Of a stretch of DNA of 24,000 bases, positions 1 through 7,858 are shown one piece after another. Under the pieces are notes generated by a model. It was given only the letters and a program-made list of their open reading frames with translations. It did not search any database and was not told the origin of the DNA. The DNA is from Enterococcus sp. AZ128 (lineage in GTDB: Bacteria; Bacillota; Bacilli; Lactobacillales; Enterococcaceae): NCBI RefSeq assembly GCF_051714485.1, contig NZ_JBIORZ010000002.1, positions 986,293-1,010,292 of the forward strand. The letters run 5' to 3'. The translations under genes and the position numbers were made by a program. Numbering within the stretch: the stretch's first letter is position 1; the number at the start of each line of letters is the position of its first letter.

Positions 1-279
1 CTAATGGCAGAAATCGATGCGAAGTATCCCTTACCAGGCGAATTGTCGCAAAATGCTGCGGCTTTGGTTAAAGAAACGGCTCCGCCAGCGAAGAAAACGG
101 CTGGGAATAGTGAGTTATCTGGAAAAATAAAGCCAAAGGACATGTTACAAAAACCAGATACCACTTACGAGCACTATGGAAAAAGTATGGAACGCATCAT
201 GAATGAGCGTAAGGATAAACAGCTTCAGCGAGAGGTGAACAAACTGTTAGGCAAACCGAAAAATCGAAGGAAGAGGTGA
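1..279 (+). CDS. hypothetical protein, C-terminal fragment (5' end outside the window)
   Basis: The frame is open from the window edge (codon CTA at 1-3 precedes the first ATG) to TGA at 277-279. The tail is basic (KPKNRRKR). No family recognised. Confidence 0.35.
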   Translation, partial: LMAEIDAKYPLPGELSQNAAALVKETAPPAKKTAGNSELSGKIKPKDMLQKPDTTYEHYGKSMERIMNERKDKQLQREVNKLLGKPKNRRKR

Positions 280-423
280 AGTCTGTCTTTAGATGAACCT
301 AATACGAACTGTCTGATCGAAAAAAAGTGAGACGATTGGGCTTCTTAAGTATGGACTAATAAGAGCTTTGGACAATATGTTTAGGGTGGTTTATTAAATA
401 GAGTCTGCAAAGTTTATGCTGAA

Positions 424-464
424 CACGAGAGAACGGATAGCTATCCGTTCTCTCGTGCTTTTTG
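424..464 (+). terminator. rho-independent terminator
   Basis: Perfect inverted repeat CACGAGAGAACGGATAG / CTATCCGTTCTCTCGTG (424-440 / 441-457) followed by CTTTTT. Confidence 0.8.
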
Positions 465-530
465 CGTGCATTGAACAAGATAAGAATCGGTTATGATTCA
501 TATGCTGATAAAAAAATAGTTTCAATAATT

Positions 531-1505
531 ATGTATATGGACTATAATTTAGATGTTAACTATAAAAATAGTTTCAAAAGTGGTGATGATGTGTTAGCGA
601 AAGAGCTTTATTTAGATAGTAATCTAAAAGAATTGATGGAGTTTCCAGACAATGCGTTTCCCTTTGGTATTTGGCAGGATGATTTTAATGAGACGGTTGG
701 CCAGATCCTGAATTACCATTGGCATGAGACGATCGAAATGAATGTATTGATAAAAGGAAGACTGGATTATCGATTGAATGATCAACGCTTTATTTTAAAT
801 GAGGGCGACAGCATGATCGTTTATTCGAATAGTTTGCATGGAGCCGCGTTACGAGAAAATGAGGATTCGGCGGAGATGCTGACGATCGTTTTTTCAGCGG
901 ATATTTTGACTGGCGGCGTTGCGGGAACAATCTATCAGAAATATTTTCAATCATTAAGCAACGAAGGTTTTCTTGGAAAGAAATTTGAGCGGGACAGTAC
1001 AATAGGGCAGGAAATGTCCACCGCATTGATTGGGTTGGCAGCGATCGAGGAGCAGGCTGGTTATGAGTTGCGGATTCTTGCTAAACTCAGTCTGATCTGG
1101 GAAAAACTGTTTCTGCATTTACTAGATCAAGAAAAGTGTCCTCTGACAAAACGTCCAGAGAAATATGAAAAAGAAATCAAAGCTGTGATGACTTATATCC
1201 AGCAAAATTATATGGAGCGGATCACGATTCAAACGATTTGTGAATTTGCCGGTATCAGCCGTTCAGAATGTTTTCGAATTTTCGCCCGCTTTACACAAAA
1301 GAAACCAATAGAGTATATCAATGATTATCGTATGTCGTTGGCTGTCGCGCTGATGCTAAATACTAATTGGACAGTTGATCGTATCGCCCAAGAGTGCGGG
1401 TTCAAAAATGCCAGCTATTTTGGAAAACTATTTAAAGATCGTTTTAATCAAACGCCGAAAAATTATCGAATAAACCAAAGAAAAGAGGAACGCTCGATTG
1501 GATAA
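531..1505 (+). CDS. AraC-family transcriptional regulator (N-terminal cupin-like sensor, C-terminal HTH)
   Basis: It has an HWHETIEMN cupin-like motif and a C-terminal AraC-type double HTH (TIQTICEFAGISRSECFRIF ... IAQECGFKNASYFGKLFKDRFNQTPKNYR). The ORF-track TTG at 462 lies inside the upstream terminator, so I moved the start to ATG 531. No clear SD precedes it, so the start is uncertain (ATG 537 is also possible). Confidence 0.8.
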   Translation: MYMDYNLDVNYKNSFKSGDDVLAKELYLDSNLKELMEFPDNAFPFGIWQDDFNETVGQILNYHWHETIEMNVLIKGRLDYRLNDQRFILNEGDSMIVYSNSLHGAALRENEDSAEMLTIVFSADILTGGVAGTIYQKYFQSLSNEGFLGKKFERDSTIGQEMSTALIGLAAIEEQAGYELRILAKLSLIWEKLFLHLLDQEKCPLTKRPEKYEKEIKAVMTYIQQNYMERITIQTICEFAGISRSECFRIFARFTQKKPIEYINDYRMSLAVALMLNTNWTVDRIAQECGFKNASYFGKLFKDRFNQTPKNYRINQRKEERSIG

Positions 1506-2436
1506 AATTGCAGTATTGATCCCCTGTTACAACGAAGCCCAAACAATTCAAGCGGTGATTGATGATTTCAAAAAGGAATTACCGGAAGGGACGATTTATG
1601 TTTATGACAATAATTCCACCGATGAGACCTACGCGATTGCCAAAGCGGCAGGTGTGAAGGTCAAAAAAGAAAGTCGGCAGGGAAAAGGCAATGTGGTGCG
1701 GACAATGTTTCGCGAGATCGAGGCGGAATGTTATTTGCTGGTGGACGGAGATGATACTTATCCGGCCAAAGATGCCCGCAATTTGTGCCGTGAGGTCTTG
1801 GAGAATGGTGCTGATATGGTGACGGGTGATCGGTTATCATCGACGTATTTTTCAGAGAATAAGCGTCCCTTCCATAACTCAGGCAATGTCGTCGTTCGAA
1901 ACCTGATCAATTATTTCTTCAAAGGGAATATCAAGGATATTTTGACAGGCTATCGTGCCTTGAGTCCGCTTTTTGCTAAAAGCATGCCGGTATTAAGCAA
2001 AGGGTTTGAGATTGAGACTGAAATGAACATTCATGCGCTGGACAAAAACTTTGTAATCAAAAATGTTGAGGTAGATTATCGTGATCGGCCTGAAGGCAGC
2101 GATTCGAAGTTGAATACGATCTCTGATGGGATGCGAGTAATCAAGACGATTTTTCAATTGTTCAAAGATTATCGTCCGCTACTGTTTTTCAGTGCAGTGG
2201 CTGCTTGTTTAGCAGTGTTGGCAGTCATTTTAGGTATTCCAGTCTTCTTAGAATATTTCCGCACAGGCCTAGTTGAACGGATGCCGACACTGATTACGGC
2301 TGGGTTTCTGATGCTGGCTGCGCTATTGAACTTATCTTGTGGATTTATTTTGGATACAGAAAATAAAAAAGCTCGACAAAATTTTGAATTGCAATTGAAC
2401 GTATTACAACAACTTATCAAAGGAGGAAGCGTATGA
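1498..2436 (+). CDS. family 2 glycosyltransferase, GtrB/CsbB-like polyprenol-phosphate glycosyltransferase
   Basis: GT2 N-terminus (VLIPCYNEAQTI), a DxD-type motif (LVDGDDTY) and two C-terminal hydrophobic helices (LLFFSAVAACLAVLAVILGIPVFL, MPTLITAGFLMLAALLNLSCGFIL), at about 310 aa, typical of GtrB/CsbB. TTG start at 1498 is preceded by AAAGAGGAA (1482-1490) and overlaps the araC stop. Confidence 0.85.
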   Translation: MDKIAVLIPCYNEAQTIQAVIDDFKKELPEGTIYVYDNNSTDETYAIAKAAGVKVKKESRQGKGNVVRTMFREIEAECYLLVDGDDTYPAKDARNLCREVLENGADMVTGDRLSSTYFSENKRPFHNSGNVVVRNLINYFFKGNIKDILTGYRALSPLFAKSMPVLSKGFEIETEMNIHALDKNFVIKNVEVDYRDRPEGSDSKLNTISDGMRVIKTIFQLFKDYRPLLFFSAVAACLAVLAVILGIPVFLEYFRTGLVERMPTLITAGFLMLAALLNLSCGFILDTENKKARQNFELQLNVLQQLIKGGSV

Positions 2437-3227
2437 TCAAGGCAGTAGCAGTAGATATGGATGGGACATTTTTAAATAGTCAAAACGACTATGACCGACC
2501 GCGGTTTGAGCAGTTATTTCTTCAAATGCAGGAAAAGGGGATTCGTTTCATTGTAGCCAGTGGCAATCAGTATTATCAGTTGCGGTCATTTTTTGAGGCT
2601 GACTGTGAGATTACGTATGTGTCGGAAAATGGCGCGTTGATTTTTAATGATCAAGGATTGCAGCGGGAACGACATTTCTCAAAGGAAATAACTGAAAAAA
2701 TTATGACGTATCTAGTTGAAGGTGCCCATGATTTAGAGTTTGTAGCCTGTGGGATCGCATCTTCGTATGTACTGAAAAGTGCCAGCGAAGAATTTAAAAA
2801 ATTTGCTGGGATTTACAGTTATCGGCTGGAAGAATTGGTAGATTTTGCCAACCTGCCTGAAGATCCGATCGTGAAATTTGCTTTGGATGTTGAGGTGGAG
2901 AAGACCAATGAGATCGCCGCGCAGTTAAACGAACTATTCGCTGATGAGATCACGGCGGTCACTAGTGGGCATGGCAGTATTGATATTATTGTTCCTGGTG
3001 TAACAAAAGGTCGAGCCATCAGTTATTTGTTAGATCAATGGGGGATCGAACCGAATGAATTGGCCGCATTTGGCGATGCCAATAATGATTTGGAAATGCT
3101 GGCGTTAACGGAACACAGCTACGCCATGAAAGAGTGCAGTCCTGATGTGTTGACCACTGCGAAGAATCAAGCCCCTTCGAATAATGAGTCGGGTGTCCTG
3201 CAGGTGTTAGAAGAGTTATTGAAATAG
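2433..3227 (+). CDS. Cof-type HAD-IIB family hydrolase (sugar-phosphate phosphatase-like)
   Basis: HAD motif I (VAVDMDGTFL) and motif IV (FGDANNDLEML). The ATGA start/stop overlap with the GT2 gene suggests translational coupling. Confidence 0.85.
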   Translation: MIKAVAVDMDGTFLNSQNDYDRPRFEQLFLQMQEKGIRFIVASGNQYYQLRSFFEADCEITYVSENGALIFNDQGLQRERHFSKEITEKIMTYLVEGAHDLEFVACGIASSYVLKSASEEFKKFAGIYSYRLEELVDFANLPEDPIVKFALDVEVEKTNEIAAQLNELFADEITAVTSGHGSIDIIVPGVTKGRAISYLLDQWGIEPNELAAFGDANNDLEMLALTEHSYAMKECSPDVLTTAKNQAPSNNESGVLQVLEELLK

Positions 3228-3264
3228 ATCAATAAAATAGGTCTTTACACTAGAGGGGAGACAG

Positions 3265-3675
3265 ATGGACAGCAAAGAGAGAGTAAAACAATTCTATGAA
3301 GGAGTCGTTTCGAACAATTTGATCGATCAGGTTTCAGACTATATTTCTCCCGAATGTACTATTAAAGCCGGTGAAACGATCATTCCATTGGGAGTCGATG
3401 GAATGAAGGAGCATCTGATTGATGTGAAGAAAACGTATCCTGATTATACGATGAAAATTATTCGTCAATTCCAAGATCAGGACTATGTTATTTCGGAATT
3501 TATTATGGAAGGGACGCATAAAGGGGATTGGTTAGGGATGAAAGCTACGAATAAGAAGCTTTCTTTCACAGGAGTAGATATTGATCGAGTTGTGGACGGA
3601 AAAATCGTGGAGCATGGCGGCGCGGTAAATACCTTCGAGACACTCTTTCAAGAGAAGATCATCAAGCCCTCTTGA
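3265..3675 (+). CDS. SnoaL-like / ester cyclase family protein
   Basis: 136 aa. N-terminus KERVKQFYEGV and the central EGTHKGDWLGMKATNKKLSFTGVDIDR resemble SnoaL-like polyketide-cyclase-fold proteins. RBS GAGGGGA lies upstream of ATG 3265. Confidence 0.65.
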   Translation: MDSKERVKQFYEGVVSNNLIDQVSDYISPECTIKAGETIIPLGVDGMKEHLIDVKKTYPDYTMKIIRQFQDQDYVISEFIMEGTHKGDWLGMKATNKKLSFTGVDIDRVVDGKIVEHGGAVNTFETLFQEKIIKPS

Positions 3676-3699
3676 TGGCATGCTAAAAATGATTAAACG

Positions 3700-3742
3700 A
3701 AAAAAACGCGAAAACAGTGTAGCTTCTGTTTTCGCGTTTTTT
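3700..3742. terminator. bidirectional rho-independent terminator between convergent genes
   Basis: Stem CGCGAAAACAG (3707-3717) / CTGTTTTCGCG (3726-3736), with an A-run on the left and a T-run on the right. The T-run abuts the LtaS-family stop codon at 3741-3743. Confidence 0.8.
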
Positions 3743-5834
3743 AGTTAGTCCCCTCAGCGGCATATTCTTTATAAGATTTGGTTTTGTAGAACTCTTCCGT
3801 TGAACGCTGTCCATTTTTAGAAAAGATACTGGTTGAATCGCTCCCCAGCTTTTTCTCGAGGCTGGTTAGTGTTTTTAAAGAATTTTTGTAGCTGATTTCT
3901 TCTGATTTGACAGTAGTTAGACCGCCGTCGTAATAAAACCTCAGCAAGTCGCCATTGTTGATTTGGTCAGAAATAGCCAGCTGTTCATCAACTTGCTTTT
4001 TGACTACTTTTGCCGCCTCATAGATCTCAGGCTGACTGAAGTTCAATAGCTCGCCGGTTTGATTGTCATAGACATCGCCTTTGTGGTAGGAATAATCCTT
4101 TGTAACGAAATTTCCGTTGCGAAACGCGACTAATTGTTCTTTATTAGGTGAGAGCAAATCATGCCCCAATAGCATCAAGTTATCCGAACCGTAACCGATC
4201 ATATTTAGTAAGGTCGGCAGTACATCGATTTGTCCACCGTAAGTATGATTGATAGTCCCTTTTTCTTGACCGGGAATATGGATGATCAGCGGTACTTTCT
4301 GGGCCTGCATCGTGTCAAAGGTCGTCCAATCTTCTTTACCGAATAATTCCTTCGTATCCTCGATCCGAGAATCAGATATACCGTAATGATCCCCGTATAA
4401 GACGATCATGGAGTTCTCATAAAGGCCGCTTGCTTTTAGGTAGTCAAAGAATTCTTTGATGGCGGTATCTGTATAATTAGCTGTCGCGAAGTAACCATCG
4501 ATCGTTGAATCTCCGGTGTTAACTTTCGGGAATCCATTTTCGGCTTCAGGCAGCTCAGAAAACGGATAGTGATTGGAAACGGCCAAAAATTTCGCGTAAA
4601 AGGGCTGCTGCAGGTGTTCCAAATACTTCACCGATTGTTGGAAGAAGGGCTTATCATGCAAGCCATATTGGAAGGAATTTTTGTCATTCACTTTGTAGTA
4701 GCTGGCATCAAAGAAATGCTGATAGCCAAATTTTTTATAGGTTTCATTTCGATTCCAAAAGCTGCCGGCATTTCCATGGAAAGCCGCCGTCGTATAGCCT
4801 AGTTTTTGATCAAGTATCGCAGGAGCGGCGTTAAAGGTGTTCTTTCCGCCCAATTGTGAAAAAAGCGATCCCTGGTTCAAGCCAAACAATGAATTTTCTA
4901 ATAAGGTTTCTGCGTCGCTGGTTTTTCCAGCGCTGACTTGATGGTAAAAATTATCGAAGCTAAAAGAGCCGTTGCTGTGATATAAGCTGTTTACAAAAGG
5001 CATGACTTCGTGTTCGATGCCATTCTCATCTTTAACCTTGTAATCAATTAAGAATTGGTGGGCACTTTCCAGATGAACATAGATGATATTCTTGTCTTTG
5101 GCGATACCGAATGTTTCCAAATTTGTTTCTTTTGGCTGCTGTTTGAGTTTTTCTGCCAAAACTTCCATATCATTGGGACTAGCTTGTGCACGGATCTGAG
5201 AAACTTGATAAGTTTTGATGCCGTCATAAACGGTGTAGGCATTGATCCCTAGATATTTCACCAGATAATCTCTAGAAAAAGTCCTAGTTAACAGCCCGGG
5301 CCGACTTGTTTCCGCCAAAATAATATTACCTGATAGAAGCAGTAAAGCGGCGATCGTTACTGAAAAAGCTGCTCTCGCCCGAACTGGACGGACATCCAGT
5401 GGAATTTTTTTCAAAAGTAGGACAGCCAATACAACGATGCAATCGAGAAAATACAGAACGTCATGGGGCTTAAATAAACGAATGGCACTCTCGCCAAGTC
5501 CGCTGGCGACTTTTCCGGCACCTAAAATCGTATCGATAGTGAGAAAATCAGTAAATTCCTGATAGTAGACGACATTCGCAAAAAGCAGGATGCTCAGTAA
5601 TAGGTAAATAAGATAGCCGGTGATGTAGGCGGCTCGTGTTCTTTTGATAAATAGAAAAATCGACAAAAAGAGCATCGTCGTTGCGATTGGATTGATCAGC
5701 AGGATAAATACTTGAAGAGCATTGTCCAGCCTCAAATCAAAATCAATGAAATAAGCAAATAGATTTTTCGCCCATAGTAAAAGTATTAATAATAGAAAGA
5801 AGCCGAAGCGTGAATTCAGTTTGCGCTTGCTCAT
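3741..5834 (-). CDS. ltaS: LTA synthase (LtaS) family protein: polytopic N-terminal membrane domain plus extracellular sulfatase-like domain
   Basis: 697 aa with about five N-terminal hydrophobic helices. The sulfatase-type domain carries the LtaS catalytic-Thr context SAGKTSDAETL, recalled from S. aureus LtaS GKTSD. RBS GAGAGG lies upstream of ATG 5834. Which paralog this is cannot be told. Confidence 0.85.
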   Translation of the reverse strand: MSKRKLNSRFGFFLLLILLLWAKNLFAYFIDFDLRLDNALQVFILLINPIATTMLFLSIFLFIKRTRAAYITGYLIYLLLSILLFANVVYYQEFTDFLTIDTILGAGKVASGLGESAIRLFKPHDVLYFLDCIVVLAVLLLKKIPLDVRPVRARAAFSVTIAALLLLSGNIILAETSRPGLLTRTFSRDYLVKYLGINAYTVYDGIKTYQVSQIRAQASPNDMEVLAEKLKQQPKETNLETFGIAKDKNIIYVHLESAHQFLIDYKVKDENGIEHEVMPFVNSLYHSNGSFSFDNFYHQVSAGKTSDAETLLENSLFGLNQGSLFSQLGGKNTFNAAPAILDQKLGYTTAAFHGNAGSFWNRNETYKKFGYQHFFDASYYKVNDKNSFQYGLHDKPFFQQSVKYLEHLQQPFYAKFLAVSNHYPFSELPEAENGFPKVNTGDSTIDGYFATANYTDTAIKEFFDYLKASGLYENSMIVLYGDHYGISDSRIEDTKELFGKEDWTTFDTMQAQKVPLIIHIPGQEKGTINHTYGGQIDVLPTLLNMIGYGSDNLMLLGHDLLSPNKEQLVAFRNGNFVTKDYSYHKGDVYDNQTGELLNFSQPEIYEAAKVVKKQVDEQLAISDQINNGDLLRFYYDGGLTTVKSEEISYKNSLKTLTSLEKKLGSDSTSIFSKNGQRSTEEFYKTKSYKEYAAEGTN

Positions 5835-5952
5835 AATAGAACCTCTCTTAATCAGCTTTGTATCCCTTCATTGTACCGAAGAAACAATCGGTATGTAAAG
5901 GCTGTCAATATTTTGTGTATCGAAATTTATAAAAAAAGAAAGGCTAAGTGCC

Positions 5953-5984
5953 TAAAAAAAGAACGATAGATTCCCTCTATCGCT
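5953..5984 (-). terminator. rho-independent terminator downstream of queH
   Basis: On the minus strand, stem CGATAGA (5976-5982 / 5964-5970) is followed by a T-run (complement of the A-run at 5954-5960). Confidence 0.55.
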
Positions 5985-5990
5985 CTCATT

Positions 5991-6734
5991 TTAGGCTTCA
6001 GTTGGTTGTTTTTGATGTTCGCTGACAAAAGCCTTCGCTTCCTTATTGATCGTCTTCAAATCAACGCCTTGCTGCTTCGCCGCAAAAACACAGCCACAGT
6101 AGCATTGGCGGTAGACATCATACTCTTTACACATCTCGATTGACCGTTGATAACCGGAGTTCTTCTTAAAATCACTCGGTAAATAATGAGTATTATAAAT
6201 TTTTTGGATATCCATACCAATTTGATTGATCAATTGACTATTTTTTTTCGGGGAAATCGTCAAGGCGCTGCCGAAATAATCGTAGCCCCGGTCCAACGCT
6301 TCCTTCGCTGCTAAATCCAACCGCATATTGAAGCAAGCGGTACAGCGTTTGCCGCCTTCCGGTTCTTCCGTCAGATTTTTTTGCTGCATCACTTGGATGA
6401 ATTCGTTTGGTTTGTAATCATCAATGATCAGATCCACATGATTGTCAGTCGCGGCGTTAAAGTCATTGATAAATTTTTCCTGAACCAAAACCCGCCGTTG
6501 GTACTCACTTTCAGGATGAATATTGGAATTAGAGAAGAAGATCGTGATATCCGCATGCTGAGTCAAAAATTCCAATGTGTATGTACTGCACGGCGCACAG
6601 CAGGAATGAATCAGAATTCTAGGGCGTACGTCCGCTTTTTCCCATGATTGAATCATCTTATGGAGGACACGATCATAATTTATTTTTTGGTTGCTCATCT
6701 TTTCAACGATTTCCGTTGCATCAATAGTATTCAT
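5991..6734 (-). CDS. queH: epoxyqueuosine reductase QueH (DUF208 family)
   Basis: Cys motifs HSCCAPCS, GGKRCTACF and YRQCYCGCVF are characteristic of QueH/DUF208. I moved the start to ATG 6734 (MNTIDATE...), which is preceded by AGGTGA. The ORF-track extension to 6866 has no RBS and runs into the promoter region. Confidence 0.85.
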   Translation of the reverse strand: MNTIDATEIVEKMSNQKINYDRVLHKMIQSWEKADVRPRILIHSCCAPCSTYTLEFLTQHADITIFFSNSNIHPESEYQRRVLVQEKFINDFNAATDNHVDLIIDDYKPNEFIQVMQQKNLTEEPEGGKRCTACFNMRLDLAAKEALDRGYDYFGSALTISPKKNSQLINQIGMDIQKIYNTHYLPSDFKKNSGYQRSIEMCKEYDVYRQCYCGCVFAAKQQGVDLKTINKEAKAFVSEHQKQPTEA

Positions 6735-6866
6735 AAAATCACCTGTTGGTATTATAAGCGAAACAGGGTCGGAAAGAAAGCTGGATAAAAAGATATTCCT
6801 ATTAAAACCGTCTGGCCTAAAACTAAAAAAAGTCTGAGAATGATTGAATTTTTTTAAATTGCGCAT

Positions 6867-6892
6867 ATAGTATATACTGTTAGGTATATACC
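6867..6892. promoter_or_regulatory. paired palindromic operator candidates (AGTATATACT 6869-6878 and GGTATATACC 6883-6892) in the divergent queH/gntR intergenic region
   Basis: Two perfect 10-bp palindromes lie 14 bp centre to centre. The reverse complement of 6867-6891 matches 10187-10211 at 23 of 25 positions. The GT-N4-AC core fits the general GntR/HutC operator pattern. Confidence 0.55.
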
Positions 6893-6978
6893 GAATGTAT
6901 TTTTAATCGGTAAAGTTGGTCTAGCCAATTTGACGAAGAATCAGTATAGTGAGGTTGAGAATACTTTCGACATCGTAG

Positions 6979-7085
6979 AAATAAATCCGTTAATAAGAAT
7001 AAGGATACCAGTTTCTCTCGCATTTTCAATGGGGTAGAGAAATGGTATACGGCAAGAAAAATAAATCCATTATTAAGAATAAGGA
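6979..7085 (+). repeat. 27-nt direct repeat pair (6979-7005 and 7059-7085, 25/27 identical) flanking a hairpin (7005-7048)
   Basis: AAATAAATCCGTTAATAAGAATAAGGA versus AAATAAATCCATTATTAAGAATAAGGA. The second copy supplies the AAGGAG RBS of the gntR gene. Between the copies, ATACCAGTTTCTC pairs with GAGAAATGGTAT (12 bp, one bulged G). Confidence 0.7.
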
Positions 7086-7091
7086 GAGAAT

Positions 7092-7823
7092 ATGGAAGAG
7101 AAAAAAACGACAAAGGCGAAATTTGATCAGGTATCTGCTGAGATCGAGAAGCGCATTCACGAAGGGATGTATGTCAGTTCGCAAAAATTGCCCTCTGAGT
7201 ATGATCTAGCTAAGGAATTTGATTGCAGCCGCCTGACGATTCGTAAAGCGATCGATGATTTGATCAATAAGAATATTTTGGTTAAGCGGCGCGGAAAAGG
7301 CAGTTATGTGATGTCGCAGCCAAAGATCCAAAGCGGGCGTTCGGGTCTACAAGGCTTTACCGAAGCGGCGAAATCGTATGGCAAAACCAGCAGTACGGAA
7401 GTCATTTCATTCCAAAAGGTTGAAGAACCATCAGAAGAAATTCTGAACGCGTTGCAGTTAGAAGCAGATCATCCAATCTATGAATTGGTTCGCCGCCGAA
7501 TTTTGGACAATGAACCAATGACGGTCGAAAAGATTTATTTATCAGAGTATTACGTTAAAGGATTGACTAAGGAAGATTTTAACGGCTCTTTATTTAAATT
7601 GCTGGAGGAAAAGACCGAGATCGCCTATTCACATCAAGAGGTCGAGGCAATCTTAGTCAAACCGGATCTTTCAAAATTATTAGACGTTCCTATGGGTGAC
7701 CCATTATTACAAGTTTATTCAGTGACCTATGCACTGGACGCGACACCGATTTTTTACGATATTTCTTATTATCGTTCGGATCGCTATGTATTCAAAACAA
7801 CCCTTACTCGTTATAACCATTAG
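7092..7823 (+). CDS. GntR-family transcriptional regulator, HutC subfamily (wHTH plus UTRA effector domain)
   Basis: N-terminal GntR wHTH (KLPSEYDLAKEFDCSRLTIRKAIDDLINKNILVKRRGKGSYV) followed by a UTRA-like C-terminal domain, 243 aa. RBS AAGGAG at 7081-7086. Confidence 0.9.
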   Translation: MEEKKTTKAKFDQVSAEIEKRIHEGMYVSSQKLPSEYDLAKEFDCSRLTIRKAIDDLINKNILVKRRGKGSYVMSQPKIQSGRSGLQGFTEAAKSYGKTSSTEVISFQKVEEPSEEILNALQLEADHPIYELVRRRILDNEPMTVEKIYLSEYYVKGLTKEDFNGSLFKLLEEKTEIAYSHQEVEAILVKPDLSKLLDVPMGDPLLQVYSVTYALDATPIFYDISYYRSDRYVFKTTLTRYNH

Positions 7824-7858
7824 AATGGTGAAACCAAACATAATAAAGGAGTCTTCTT

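Noticed and set aside
280-423. A gap of about 145 nt between the first gene's stop and its terminator, considered as a small RNA or small ORF (TTGGAC ... TTATTA promoter-like elements; ATGGACTAATAA).
   Set aside because: The promoter-like hexamers are weak and the only ORF has two codons. I saw no conserved structure beyond the terminator itself, so the evidence is insufficient.
5870-5908. TTGACA (complement of 5903-5908) and TACAAT (complement of 5870-5875) upstream of the LtaS-family gene, considered as a promoter pair.
   Set aside because: The two hexamers are 27 nt apart, too far for a sigma-A promoter. No alternative partner hexamer was convincing, so no promoter is called.
6735-6866. 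A possible preQ1 riboswitch upstream of queH, suggested by the A-rich AAAACTAAAAAAAG segment.
   Set aside because: The A-rich segment is on the plus strand, which is the wrong strand for queH. I could not find the preQ1-I/II hallmark stems and the conserved C-rich loop on the minus strand. As far as I know, queH is not a typical preQ1-riboswitch target.
6880-7113. A 77-aa minus-strand ORF covering the queH/gntR intergenic region.
   Set aside because: It has no RBS, overlaps the gntR start and RBS, and spans the direct repeats and hairpin. The translation is hydrophobic and low-complexity with no motif, and the region is better explained as regulatory DNA.
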